DNA from: a virus
DNA length: 47,474 nucleotides
IMG/VR virus record: IMGVR_UViG_3300015189_000001
Span: 1 to 47,474 of that record
Direction: 5' to 3' (one strand)
Positions 30,566 to 40,366 of this stretch are shown one piece after another. The notes below the pieces were generated by a model. That model was not told where the DNA came from, did no database searches, and saw nothing but the letters and a program-made list of their open reading frames with translations. The stretch's first letter is position 1; every line of letters starts with the position of its first letter. Made by a program: the position numbers and the translations under genes.

Positions 30566-30918
30566 CAATGCCTCCACACCGGCAGCCACACGCGGCGCAG
30601 CCCCTCCGCCCTCGGCGCGACGTTGTCCCGCCCCCACACGTAGGCGTGCGCCTCGACCGCCCCCACACGCACGATAATAACTCCCAGCCCCACGGCATCG
30701 CCAGGGTCAAGGTGATAATACCGCACCTGCACGCCGCTATCCACCGCCTGCTCAGCGGGCGCACCGCTCCACCCCGGTGGCAGCGTGATGCGCAGCGTGC
30801 TGGGAGCGTCCGCACGCACGACGATGGTCAGCGTGTGGCCCTGGGCGCTGGCGTCCACGCTGAGCGCGGGCGGCTGGAAGAGAGGGGTTAGGAGGATCAG
30901 GATGGCGGCGATTCGCAT
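30565..30918 (-). CDS. Secreted protein (117 aa), last gene of the late operon
   Basis: Signal-like MRIAAILILLTPLF. Confidence 0.5.
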   Translation of the reverse strand: MRIAAILILLTPLFQPPALSVDASAQGHTLTIVVRADAPSTLRITLPPGWSGAPAEQAVDSGVQVRYYHLDPGDAVGLGVIIVRVGAVEAHAYVWGRDNVAPRAEGLRRVWLPVWRH

Positions 30919-31280
30919 GCAGCCTCCACCTCGGCGAGTGCCTTCAACGCCGTTTCATTCGCCGATTGAAGGAGCTCTTCAATCTCCTTGGTATGGTGAT
31001 GCGGGTCGTCGGCAACCTGAAACGTAAAGAGCATGTCGAGCGCCTCCACAACAGATGCAGTTACCGATCGGACGTATTCCGATGCTCGCCACGCATGTGC
31101 CGCACGATCGTTTTCTTCTGGGAGCGCCAGCAGCGCGTCCAACTCCTGCACACCGCCCTGCATTGCGCAAATCTGCCGGTCGAGTGTTGCGATCATGACC
31201 TCAAGCTCCGCGTACTGCTGCTGCGCCTGCGCTACTTGTGCGGCGAGCGCATCGCGGCGGTCTTGGATGGCTGCTCTCAT
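30897..31280 (-). CDS. Coiled-coil protein (127 aa)
   Basis: Heptad-rich N-terminus. It lies downstream of the fibre gene. Confidence 0.5.
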   Translation of the reverse strand: MRAAIQDRRDALAAQVAQAQQQYAELEVMIATLDRQICAMQGGVQELDALLALPEENDRAAHAWRASEYVRSVTASVVEALDMLFTFQVADDPHHHTKEIEELLQSANETALKALAEVEAACESPPS

Positions 31281-31558
31281 CGCGAAACCTTTTCGAGCGA
31301 CGGCGCGAACTGGCCGGTCGGAATGAGTACCAGCATGCTGCGAATACTGGCGATGGCGGCGCGATAGTCCGCCACGGTCGTGCCGGTGCCTGCTACTGCC
31401 AGCGGATCGAGCACCGTGTCGAGCGAGAGCTGCATGCGATCGAACGTGTCAATGTTGCCTTGCAGGCGCACAAACAGATCGAGCTGTGCGCGCACGTTTT
31501 GCTGAAACGCGATGATGATGCGTTGCTGTTGCGAAATCTGATCGGTAGTAGCTGCCAT
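31277..31558 (-). CDS. Hypothetical protein (93 aa)
   Basis: ATGA-type coupling. Confidence 0.5.
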   Translation of the reverse strand: MAATTDQISQQQRIIIAFQQNVRAQLDLFVRLQGNIDTFDRMQLSLDTVLDPLAVAGTGTTVADYRAAIASIRSMLVLIPTGQFAPSLEKVSR

Positions 31559-31570
31559 AGGGATGCTCCT

Positions 31571-32254
31571 TTAGAGAAGAACAACAAACAGGGATATATC
31601 ATGCGACCCATTGGTGCCAACGGTGCGTTGCACGGTGATAGCGCCGCCTGCGGTGACGGCAACGGTGATCGTATCCGTGTTGGTGTAGGTAAAGTTCGTA
31701 CCCACCGCAGCTGCGGTATAGTTCGGCGCGCCGATAGCGCCGCCCGTATTGTTTCGGTCAATGATCAAAAACCCTGCCGCGCGTGGAACCGTGCCCGCCG
31801 CCGCGATTGTTTGCAGGGTCGTGACCGCCGTCGCTTGGAGCACGAGATGCCCGCCCTGTGCCACGCCGCCCGTTGTGCGCCCGATGACGTGCAGCGCGCC
31901 CTGGGGTGCACCCGCCCCGATCATGACATTGCCGCCCTGTGCGATGCGCAGGCGCTCGGTTGTGGCTTCGTAGATCGCGAACTCGGAGAGGTTAATGCCG
32001 TTGGCCAGAAAACGCCAATCCACTGGAACGCCGCCTTGAAGACACAACATTTTGTAGCGTGCGAATGATGGATTGCTCGTGCCCTGCGCGAGCAAGGAGC
32101 CGCCCGCCGCAACCACGGATTGAATTTCATCGCTGATGACGACCGCACCCGCGTTGCCCTTGAGGTAGTTCATATTGTCGCGCAGGTACGTGTTCAGATT
32201 TGCGGCGGTGAGCACGTCGCTGACCGCGTAGGAAGCTGGTGCCGTCCAAGCCAA
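31571..32254 (-). CDS. Tail fibre / receptor-binding protein candidate (227 aa)
   Basis: The N-terminal W..P..Y...DVLTAANLNTYLRDNMNYL motif is common in fibre proteins. Gly/Ala/Thr-rich body. It lies after the Dit-like gene. Confidence 0.55.
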   Translation of the reverse strand: MAWTAPASYAVSDVLTAANLNTYLRDNMNYLKGNAGAVVISDEIQSVVAAGGSLLAQGTSNPSFARYKMLCLQGGVPVDWRFLANGINLSEFAIYEATTERLRIAQGGNVMIGAGAPQGALHVIGRTTGGVAQGGHLVLQATAVTTLQTIAAAGTVPRAAGFLIIDRNNTGGAIGAPNYTAAAVGTNFTYTNTDTITVAVTAGGAITVQRTVGTNGSHDISLFVVLL

Positions 32255-32266
32255 TTTTTGTACCTC

Positions 32267-33700
32267 TTAGTAGCCGAGTCGATTGGTGTCAAGGATGCCG
32301 CTGGTCGTGCTATCCAAAATGAACCACACATCGTTGCCGACTGGCGCGAGCTGCCAGGTTGTCAGCCACACGTTTGCGCCGATGCTCTGATTCATCGCCT
32401 GAATGCGTGCGGGCTTGGCGATCGGGCTGCCCCCGCCGGGCGGGCGGCGAATGACCGTGATCTTGTCGTCAAAGGTGCGCGCCAGGATCTGCGGCCACAG
32501 TGCCGCTGGCGACAGGTCACCATTCAGGATCAGTGATTGCACGCGCAGATACGGCTGTGCGTAGAGCCCAACCAGATACTGCGCGCGGCTCAGCGCCTCG
32601 GCGTCGGTCGTGATCGGCAGCCCGGTGATCTGTGTGCCGCGCAGCCCATAGGTTGCCTGACTACCGGTGTCGTCCCACACTTGCGCCGCCCCGCCCGCGC
32701 GCGTGACCTCGGCGTGGTTGATCAGCCGCGTGTCATCAAACGAAAACGACACATCCACATACGGAAACTCGCCCGCTGTGACGGCTGCAAGGTTGCTGTG
32801 GCTTGCCGCTGTGCTCCCATACGCGCCGCGTGTCGCCCCCAGCAGCTGGTTGGTGCCGAGACTCGTGTAGGCAATCCACTCCGCGTCGATCAGCACGGTG
32901 CCGCCACTCGGGAAGCCTGCGTTACTCGTCACGTTGATCGTCGTCACACTGGCATTGTGCGCGCCCGCTAAGGTCGTGCTCGGTAGCACCGACGCATCGC
33001 CAAACAGCGCCTGGCTGGTATTGTTGCGCACCGCCCAATAGCGATCGTGATAGGCCGTTTTGCCGTCGTCCTCGGCGAAGAACGATCCGCCGTCTGCGCT
33101 CGCAATTGTTTGAATGCTGGTCAGCGCGGGCGCGGGCCCCCAGGTCTGCGCGGCGATTTGTGTTGACGTGACTACGCTTCCAGTGCCACGATCCGCCGCT
33201 GGCCAGCCCGCCGTGTTCAGAATGTCGCCGATGACTTGCGCCGCGCTGTTGGATCCCCCTTCGAATTGGGTGACCGTCGTATAGTTGAACGGCTTCAGGA
33301 GATCGACCGCCGTCAGCCGCACCAGATTGAGCGCCACATTGCCGATCGCGACATCGATCGGCACCCAGCTTTCCACATAGCCGGTGTACAGGTCGTAGGT
33401 CACGCTATTCCAGGTTGCGCGCACGTTGACACGTTTGGTCGGGATGATGTTTGGGGCGTACGGGCTGGCGACGTTATCGGGGTCGAAGCGCCGATCACGG
33501 TTATCGAGCAACAGGGTCAACGTCCCGGCCTGGATCTTATCGAGCTCAAACTGCCGCCCGCGCGTGATACTGATCGGACTGCCGCCGGGGCTGTTTTCCA
33601 GCCACGCATAGGCACTGATGTCCGTCCACGTTAGGCCCGCGATCGGGTCAAATGGCGCGGCGGCGAGGGCGATGCGGATGGTCAGTACTGGCCGTGTCAT
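32267..33700 (-). CDS. Distal tail protein (Dit-like, siphovirus tail family) with an extra domain (477 aa)
   Basis: Immediately after the tape measure. N-terminus ...ISITRGRQFELDKIQAGTLTLLLDNRDRRFDP. Confidence 0.65.
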   Translation of the reverse strand: MTRPVLTIRIALAAAPFDPIAGLTWTDISAYAWLENSPGGSPISITRGRQFELDKIQAGTLTLLLDNRDRRFDPDNVASPYAPNIIPTKRVNVRATWNSVTYDLYTGYVESWVPIDVAIGNVALNLVRLTAVDLLKPFNYTTVTQFEGGSNSAAQVIGDILNTAGWPAADRGTGSVVTSTQIAAQTWGPAPALTSIQTIASADGGSFFAEDDGKTAYHDRYWAVRNNTSQALFGDASVLPSTTLAGAHNASVTTINVTSNAGFPSGGTVLIDAEWIAYTSLGTNQLLGATRGAYGSTAASHSNLAAVTAGEFPYVDVSFSFDDTRLINHAEVTRAGGAAQVWDDTGSQATYGLRGTQITGLPITTDAEALSRAQYLVGLYAQPYLRVQSLILNGDLSPAALWPQILARTFDDKITVIRRPPGGGSPIAKPARIQAMNQSIGANVWLTTWQLAPVGNDVWFILDSTTSGILDTNRLGY

Positions 33701-36700
33701 TAGTGAATTCCCGTTGTGCCGTTACGCATTTGATTTTGAAGCAGCGCCTGTTGTGTGGCATTGCCAAGTGCAATTGGGTCGCCCACATTCGTCCCTGCGG
33801 GCAGCGTTACATGCAGATCACCGTTGATCACAAATCCTGCCTGTCCGCCGCCGCGCACGGTGTCGCCAGCGGTCGGGCTCGTGGAGTTGGTGAGCTGTGC
33901 TAAAATCGCCGCGAACTGCTGTTGGGCCTTGGCGGGGTCAACACCGAACTCACTCGCAATCAGCGCGGCGCGTTTCTGGGCCTCCTGGGACGTAATGGCG
34001 GTCATCTGTAGCTGTGTGTTCGTATAGGCCAGCAGTTGCTTGCCGACCGCCGTTTCAAGCTGGGTCTGCTGCTTGTCATAGCTGGTTTGCGCGGTTTGCT
34101 CCTGTCGTGCGAGGCTCGCATTTTCGTTTGTGATTTGCTTTTGGCGTGCCAGATCCGCCGCCGCCTGCTGCTTGTCGTAGGATTCTTTAGCCTTCGCCTC
34201 ACCCACACCGTAGGCGATGCCCGTATCGTTGATCTGCTGTGCTAAGGCCAGATCGCGGGCCTGCTTTTGTGTTGCCAGATGCGTGGCCTGCTTCGCCTCG
34301 CTTGTGGCGTAATCGGCTAACTCCGCATCGTAGGATTTGCGCAGATTCGCGACATCGGCCTGATATTTCGCATCGTCGCTCGCGACCTGCTTGGCGTGCG
34401 TGTCCTGTAATTTCGCCAGCGCGGTCGTATTGGCCGCGTCCTGGGCCGCAAGCTGCCGCGCATAGGCCGCGTTGGCTTTAGACTCCGCGTCGACGTAGGC
34501 TTTGTCCTGGCTGGCCTGCTCGGTCGCTAAGGTCGCCTGCTGCTTGGCAAGCTGTGCCGCCGCCTGGGTATCCTGCTTTTGCAGCGCCTTGGCGTCCTGT
34601 GCCTCCTGTCGCGCTTCGGCCTGCGCGGCCTGGTCAAGCTGCCGCTGAAGGGCAACGGCAGCCTTTGCCGCCTGCCGGTCGTAGCTGGTTTGGGCTTTGT
34701 CCTCCTGCTTCGCGTAGCGGTCATCCTCAGCGTCGATCTGCTTTTGGATACTGGCTTTTTGCTTGGCGTCCGTGGCCGCGTTCAGTTGCTCTTGCAGGTC
34801 GCTCAGCCGGTCGGTGTGGTCGCTGGCGCGGCTGGTTTTATCCTCCTGAAACTGCTCATCGTTGGTCTGCTGGTTCTCGGCTGCCGTCGCCTGCAAGTCG
34901 GCGGTGCGCTGCGCATACTGTTGCTGACGATCGGCCAGTTGATCCGCCGCCTGTTGCTGGCGATCAGCCGCCGCCACGACATATTGCGTTTGTAGGTCGG
35001 TTGCGCGCTGGGTCAGTTGTGTGGCGCGATCCTGGTAGGACTGCGCGGCGCTCAGCTGGCGGTCGTGTTCGCGGGTTTGCAGATCGGTGATCTTCGTCGC
35101 GCCCTGGGTCGCAAGCTCCACCGCACGCGCCTGATAGTCGGCGTCACGCGCCTGATCGGCTTGCAGGTTCTGTACGGTGCGTGCGCGGGCCTGGTCGTTG
35201 ATGCCGCTCAGCTTGTCGTTGCGCGATTGGACGGCCTGCACTTGTCGATCGTGCTCGGTCGCAAGGGTGTCGGTCTCTTGGCGCGCAGCGGTCTGCTGAA
35301 GCTGCCGCAGTTGCTCCATGTAGCTGGCGCTGCGATCGGCATCGGCGTCGCGGTAGTTTTGCAGGCGTGTGGCACGCTGTTCCTGTGCTTGGCTGTCGAT
35401 GGCGGTCAACCGCGCCTGGTGATCGCCCTGGCGCTGCTGCTCGGCGTCCTGAAACTGCGCTTGGCTATCGGCCAGCTTTTCATAGGCGGCTTGGCCGGTT
35501 ATACCGGTTTTGTCGAGCTGGTCTTGATATTTCTTTTGGGCCTCGGCGCTCGCTTGGGTGTTGAGCGTGAGCGCGGATTGTGTGTCCGCAAGCGAACTCA
35601 GCGTATTCCCTGAGTTTTCAATGCCCTGTGCGTAATCGCCGGTCGTCCACGGCCCGCCGCTGACCGCCGCGTTGAGCGTGGTTGTCGCCGCCGTGGCGTT
35701 GGTTGCGGCATAGCCCATCTGACCGAGATACCCGACCACATCGCCCGATCGGAGCGCGTCCACGAATTGATGCAGTGGGCCAAAGCCCATCTGCTCACCG
35801 ATCTCGCGGCTACTCGGAAATGAGCTTTTAATCTGATTGAACCCATCAACCAGCTTTACGACATCAACATATGCGTCATGAACCGACCCGGCGAAATCCT
35901 TAATATCCTGCACAAAAAGCGGCAGTTCCCCCTGCACCAAGTCGCCAATGACCTTGCCGATTGCCTGTATGTTCTCTTTGCCCGCCGGGCTGTTCAGGGT
36001 GTCAACCAACCCTTGCAGAATGGGCTGGACTTCCTTAATCGCGGGCCCCAACAGATCGCGGCTGCCGATGGTTTGCAGGTCGCTCAAACTGTTCAGTAGC
36101 CCCGACATCGTGCCGGACTGTCGCGCCGCCGCGCCGCCAAAGTCGTTTTCCAGCGAGTAGGCGATGGCCTTGACGGCCTGATCGGCGGGGATCAGCCCCT
36201 GCTCACGCAACGCGACGATTTCAGCGGTCGTTTTGTTAAAGGCCTTCGCCAGAATCTGATCAACCGGAATGCCCGCGTTGACCAGTTGCAGGACTTCTTG
36301 GCCGGCCACCTTGCCCTTGGCCTCGATTTGCCCCAAGGCCAGCGCGACCTGGTTGACCGTCTCGGATGTGCGCCCGCTGCCCGCCGCGAAGTCCACCAAG
36401 TCTTGGGTGAGTCGTTTCGCGCTGATCGCGGTCTTATCCGCTGATTCGGACACGAAGCCGTAGCCCTCGGCGGTGCGGAACGCCGCCGCAATGCCCGCCT
36501 CATCAAACGGGCTATTGATGGCGAGTTGTTCATTCCACTTCAGCAGTTCGGCGGCTTTGGGGCTGGCCTGACTTAGCGCGTCGCTCATGCTCAGCGTGGC
36601 ATCGGCGTTGCGTAGCTCGCGCGCGACCAGGGTCTGGAGAGATTGATCGAGGCGCTCATTGGCGGCATAGGCATCGACGGCATGCGACACAAAGCCCGCG

Positions 36701-36924
36701 ACCGCCTGCCCGGCCTGCACGACCGCCTGAAAGGTCAGGAACTTGCCGAAGAAGTCATCAATTTGCCCGCCGCTGCCGCCGCCGCCACTCCCCAGCCCGT
36801 CGATTTTGCCCTCGATCGTCGCCAGCTGCTCAGCGGTGTGGGTCGCAAATTGTGCGATCGTCGCATCAGCGCTGGTGGTATTCGCGCCAACCTGGACGAC
36901 TAAACTTTCAGCGGTGATCGACAT
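33700..36924 (-). CDS. Tape measure protein (1074 aa)
   Basis: Size and position after the G/GT genes. A long Q/A/D/K-rich coiled-coil core. Confidence 0.85.
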   Translation of the reverse strand: MSITAESLVVQVGANTTSADATIAQFATHTAEQLATIEGKIDGLGSGGGGSGGQIDDFFGKFLTFQAVVQAGQAVAGFVSHAVDAYAANERLDQSLQTLVARELRNADATLSMSDALSQASPKAAELLKWNEQLAINSPFDEAGIAAAFRTAEGYGFVSESADKTAISAKRLTQDLVDFAAGSGRTSETVNQVALALGQIEAKGKVAGQEVLQLVNAGIPVDQILAKAFNKTTAEIVALREQGLIPADQAVKAIAYSLENDFGGAAARQSGTMSGLLNSLSDLQTIGSRDLLGPAIKEVQPILQGLVDTLNSPAGKENIQAIGKVIGDLVQGELPLFVQDIKDFAGSVHDAYVDVVKLVDGFNQIKSSFPSSREIGEQMGFGPLHQFVDALRSGDVVGYLGQMGYAATNATAATTTLNAAVSGGPWTTGDYAQGIENSGNTLSSLADTQSALTLNTQASAEAQKKYQDQLDKTGITGQAAYEKLADSQAQFQDAEQQRQGDHQARLTAIDSQAQEQRATRLQNYRDADADRSASYMEQLRQLQQTAARQETDTLATEHDRQVQAVQSRNDKLSGINDQARARTVQNLQADQARDADYQARAVELATQGATKITDLQTREHDRQLSAAQSYQDRATQLTQRATDLQTQYVVAAADRQQQAADQLADRQQQYAQRTADLQATAAENQQTNDEQFQEDKTSRASDHTDRLSDLQEQLNAATDAKQKASIQKQIDAEDDRYAKQEDKAQTSYDRQAAKAAVALQRQLDQAAQAEARQEAQDAKALQKQDTQAAAQLAKQQATLATEQASQDKAYVDAESKANAAYARQLAAQDAANTTALAKLQDTHAKQVASDDAKYQADVANLRKSYDAELADYATSEAKQATHLATQKQARDLALAQQINDTGIAYGVGEAKAKESYDKQQAAADLARQKQITNENASLARQEQTAQTSYDKQQTQLETAVGKQLLAYTNTQLQMTAITSQEAQKRAALIASEFGVDPAKAQQQFAAILAQLTNSTSPTAGDTVRGGGQAGFVINGDLHVTLPAGTNVGDPIALGNATQQALLQNQMRNGTTGIH

Positions 36925-37559
36925 TTAGGCGGGTTCTTTCTGTGCTTGCTCGGCGTTCATCGCACGCATTTGCGCGCCCTCGATCTCGGCACGGATACGG
37001 CATTGGACGCGGCTTAACCACTCAGGATGCGCCTCCCAGTCCCACGGCCCAATGCCAGGGTAGCGGCGCGCGAGGCTCGGCTCTACGTAGTCATCCCACC
37101 AGTAGAGCCGCCCGTAGGTGTGACCGGGGCCGGAGCCGATCCATTGGCGGATATTCTTCCGCGCCAGATCAAGCCCAAAAAATCGTCCAGCACCCCCGCA
37201 TCGACCGCGAACACGAAGTCGCGCGGCAGTTGGCCCAGAATGTCGTCCCAGGCTGCCGCGTAGGCGCTATCCCGCTCTGCGGGTGTCGCCACACGCGATT
37301 CGCCCTCCGATCCGATGATCTCTTCCCAGCTTGGGTCATCTTTCGGCAACGGCTGCCAGGGCACGCCGTCTTTGAGGAGATCCCAGCTGAGTAGCACGCT
37401 TCTCAGGCGCGTGCGGATGGGCATATTGCGAAAGTTCTCGGTCATGTCCATCGTGAACGCGGCCCGGTCGTACACGAGGCGCAGATCCTGGCCCTCGAAT
37501 ACCACGGTGATCGGCGTGGGCTTGGGTGTGCTGTGCATCGATTCAAATGTGAACGACAT
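36925..37559 (-). CDS. Tail assembly chaperone GT-like product via a programmed -1 frameshift at T-TTT-TTG (37182..37176)
   Basis: The -1 frame is open for 84 codons from the slippery heptamer to a TAA directly abutting the tape-measure ATG. Confidence 0.7.
37083..37559 (-). CDS. Tail assembly chaperone (G-like, 158 aa)
   Basis: Positioned between the major tail protein and the tape measure. It contains the slippery site. Confidence 0.7.
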   Translation of the reverse strand: MSFTFESMHSTPKPTPITVVFEGQDLRLVYDRAAFTMDMTENFRNMPIRTRLRSVLLSWDLLKDGVPWQPLPKDDPSWEEIIGSEGESRVATPAERDSAYAAAWDDILGQLPRDFVFAVDAGVLDDFLGLIWRGRISANGSAPAPVTPTGGSTGGMTT

Positions 37560-37567
37560 CGTATCTC

Positions 37568-38851
37568 CTAAAGAGCGGTCAGCGTGTTGATCATCGTTAT
37601 CTTGCTGGCGCTACCCCACGTTGGGTCATGCACCCACTCGCCCGAGAAGGTGTTGCCCAGCAGCGTGCCATCCACGTCCTTGAAGTCACTAATCTTGGTT
37701 AGCGCGATGGCGGTGTCGATCTGCAAGCTATGAAAGATCGTGGTTTCAATCAGCGGGCCGGTCGCAACCACACGCGCGAATATCGTGTTGCCGGTGCGGA
37801 TGTTCGCAAGGTTCTGCATGCCGATATCATCGGCTGCAAGATCGATTGTCACTTCGCCCTTGGGGTCGGCCTCGACCGTGCCGCCAAAGCCCGCGCCAAA
37901 GGTCGGGTTCATCGGAAAGAACGGGTTATCGCGGCTTGAGAGCTTCCAGGTATACTGGAAGTCGCGGGTGAGCAGCGGCGCGGCGCCCAGGCCCGCCTGC
38001 GTGGTCGCCAGCGCCAAGCTGACCGTAACCGGACTGACCGGCAACAGCGTTAACTGGGTCGTCGCTGGCGAGATCCGCCCGATCAGTGACGTGCCGCCGG
38101 TCAGCGTGTCGGTTGTGCTCACAGTTGGGATCGTTGCCGTCGCGAGGGTGCCGGTGAACAGGATACGCATCGGCGTGCTGGTCAGCAGCCCGCCGGTCAC
38201 CAGCACGTTGCCGCTGCCCACGCTCGCCAGGGCTGCGATGGCGGTTTGGATGGTCGCATTCGTCGCGTTGTAGGCCAGTGCGCTCGTGGTGTTTGCGCCG
38301 ACCGTGATCGTGAACGTGCCAGCGGTGACCGTGCCGACATACGACAGCCAGCGCACCTTATCATCGTAGCCTGCCTGTCCCAGGATCGTGCCGGCCATCT
38401 TCACCACATCCTTGCGATTGAAGGTCAGGCCCAACTCGGTGAAGATGCAGTTGCGCACATGGAACGCACGGATCACATTGGTGCCGAACTCCATCGAAAA
38501 GGTGCGCTGGCTATCGGGCGCGGTGTCGTTCATCGAGAACACCCACTGGCGCGATAGGGTGCCACCGCCGGGGGTCGTAATCACCGGGTCGCTCATCACG
38601 CTTGCCAAGGGGTACACGCCCTCGTTGTAAGTCATCAGGCCGTCGATCTTGATGTCGGTCTGCTCTTTGATTGGCACATTCGCCGTTGGAAACTTGTTGC
38701 CCTTGGGCGTAAAGGTCTTGTTGGTCGGATTCGGCGTCACCGTGGTGCTGAAGCCCGCAACGGCTTTCGTTGCCTGCACCGCAGTACCGGGGGTCGCGAG
38801 GGCTTCAACGCCCAGATAGGCGTTTTCGAAAACCATTGCGCGTTCTGCCAT
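37568..38851 (-). CDS. Major tail protein with an inserted display module (427 aa)
   Basis: Positioned upstream of the chaperones. The insert at aa 171-256 has the motif AGTFTITVGANTTSALAYNATNATIQTAIAALASVG. Confidence 0.65.
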   Translation of the reverse strand: MAERAMVFENAYLGVEALATPGTAVQATKAVAGFSTTVTPNPTNKTFTPKGNKFPTANVPIKEQTDIKIDGLMTYNEGVYPLASVMSDPVITTPGGGTLSRQWVFSMNDTAPDSQRTFSMEFGTNVIRAFHVRNCIFTELGLTFNRKDVVKMAGTILGQAGYDDKVRWLSYVGTVTAGTFTITVGANTTSALAYNATNATIQTAIAALASVGSGNVLVTGGLLTSTPMRILFTGTLATATIPTVSTTDTLTGGTSLIGRISPATTQLTLLPVSPVTVSLALATTQAGLGAAPLLTRDFQYTWKLSSRDNPFFPMNPTFGAGFGGTVEADPKGEVTIDLAADDIGMQNLANIRTGNTIFARVVATGPLIETTIFHSLQIDTAIALTKISDFKDVDGTLLGNTFSGEWVHDPTWGSASKITMINTLTAL

Positions 38852-38863
38852 GAGGGTATCTCC

Positions 38864-39577
38864 TTATGATTGTGTGTTTATTTCGTAGATACCACCCAGA
38901 TGGCGGTACTGTATGCCGTTGGTGATCTCGGGCAGCCGGAAGGGCCGTTGCCGCACACACGAGATGATGCGCCCGCCGCCCGGTACGCTATCGGCCTTCG
39001 TCGCCTGCAACAGCGCATCAATCTGGTTGGCGATCTGCTGAATGACGGTGCTGTAATACTGCCCGCCAACCACGCCTTTGACTAGGTAGAGCGCCTGCAC
39101 CATGACGCGGTAGGGGCCGGTCGCGACCACATCAACCGCGCTCTGCTGTCCAGTGATGATGTACGGAAACGGCACGCCCTGCGGCGCGACATCTGACCAC
39201 ACCCGCGCCCGCTGCGCGACGCTCACAAACGCGCCCGGCCCGGTCAGCCCCGCGCCGTTGGCGGTGATCGGCAGCAGCGTGTTGGCGAGGTTGCCCACGA
39301 ACACAATCGACCAGCCCGCCACCTCACGATTAAAGACCAGGGTCTGCTTGGCCCCGACCGTGCTCAGCGCCTCCAGCGCGGTCTGAAGGCTACCTGTGCC
39401 GATGACCGGCGCGCTGTAGCTAATCGGCGCGGTCGTCTGCCCGTTAAACGTCAGCGTAAAGGTGCCGCCGCTTGCGCTGATGCTGATCTGCTGCCAGGGC
39501 GCAAGCGTGGCCAGCGTCGGATCGCTGCCGAGCACACTGGCAAGCCATGCGTCAATGTAGAGCGTTTCAACGGCCAT
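38864..39577 (-). CDS. Tail completion/terminator-like protein (DUF3168-like ends) with an inserted display module (237 aa)
   Basis: The C-terminal half has the pattern of a neck/tail-completion protein. The insert at aa 29-118 contains GGTFTLTFNGQTTAPISY...LQTALEALSTVG. Confidence 0.5.
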   Translation of the reverse strand: MAVETLYIDAWLASVLGSDPTLATLAPWQQISISASGGTFTLTFNGQTTAPISYSAPVIGTGSLQTALEALSTVGAKQTLVFNREVAGWSIVFVGNLANTLLPITANGAGLTGPGAFVSVAQRARVWSDVAPQGVPFPYIITGQQSAVDVVATGPYRVMVQALYLVKGVVGGQYYSTVIQQIANQIDALLQATKADSVPGGGRIISCVRQRPFRLPEITNGIQYRHLGGIYEINTQS

Positions 39578-39581
39578 CGGG

Positions 39582-40061
39582 CTAGCCCTCCGGCGGAATG
39601 TAGGCGTCGATGTTCGCCTGTGCGGTCAGTACCTTGCCCATAGCGGCGTTAAACGGCCCGCGCGCGGTTGCTGCCGCCTGCGTCATTGCGCCGTCGCCGC
39701 CGCGCGCCTGTTCACCGTCAGGGCCAACCGCGCCGCCGTATTCATTCACGAGTGCGTATTTCACACCGACCGCCACCAGCGCCGTAAACGGATCAGGGCG
39801 TGGCACTTCGGGCAGCAACTCCACGCCTGGATTAGACGCCTGCGCTTTTGCCACTGCCTGCGGATAGGTGCTCGTTTGCGCGGTCACAACGTAGGCGCTG
39901 TTGACCTGCGCGCCGCTATCGCGCCGCGCGTTCTGCTGATAGTCGCGCTGTATATCGAAGGCGGTTTTGCGCACGATCTGCCCAGCGTTGGTGCGCAGCA
40001 TGCCGCGTAGCTCATCGAAGCGATTGAACTCGACAATGATCTTGGTGTTTATGCTACCCAT
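39582..40061 (-). CDS. HK97 gp10-like neck/tail-component protein
   Basis: ...IVRKTAFDIQRDYQQNARRDSGAQVNS... fits the gp10-family pattern, and the position is consistent. Confidence 0.55.
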   Translation of the reverse strand: MGSINTKIIVEFNRFDELRGMLRTNAGQIVRKTAFDIQRDYQQNARRDSGAQVNSAYVVTAQTSTYPQAVAKAQASNPGVELLPEVPRPDPFTALVAVGVKYALVNEYGGAVGPDGEQARGGDGAMTQAAATARGPFNAAMGKVLTAQANIDAYIPPEG

Positions 40062-40366
40062 GAAAATGCCTTTTCAAAGTCTTGCCAGCGCGCCTCGGCA
40101 TCCGCTTGTATTTCGGGGCTATCGAACCGAAATACAACACGTCCAATGACGAGATGCACCACAATGCCGCCAGCCGCTTCAAGTGGCATCTCCCCCGGCT
40201 TCCAATCCCGATGGAGTTGCTCAGGAATGACGTTGCCCGTAGCACTTAGCACCGCACAGATCGCAAGCCCGTGCTGATCATCGGCTGCGAAGCAGTGCTT
40301 TTGCTCGATGCCATCAATGAATACCTTTGTCGCACTTCGCCACGGTGTGTTCAGGTGTAGTCTCAT
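40049..40366 (-). CDS. Hypothetical protein (105 aa)
   Basis: ORF coupled at both ends within the connector module. Confidence 0.45.
   Translation of the reverse strand: MRLHLNTPWRSATKVFIDGIEQKHCFAADDQHGLAICAVLSATGNVIPEQLHRDWKPGEMPLEAAGGIVVHLVIGRVVFRFDSPEIQADAEARWQDFEKAFSWVA

Noticed and set aside
31571-32254. A diversity-generating retroelement targeting the fibre gene, or a retron.
   Set aside because: No reverse-transcriptase-like ORF exists anywhere in the 47 kb, and I saw no template/variable repeat pair by eye.
33900-35650. Highly repetitive DNA and long antisense ORFs within the tape-measure gene as a separate repeat element.
   Set aside because: The repetition reflects the Q/A/D/K-rich coiled-coil coding sequence of the tape measure. 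There are no discrete unit boundaries or flanking features.
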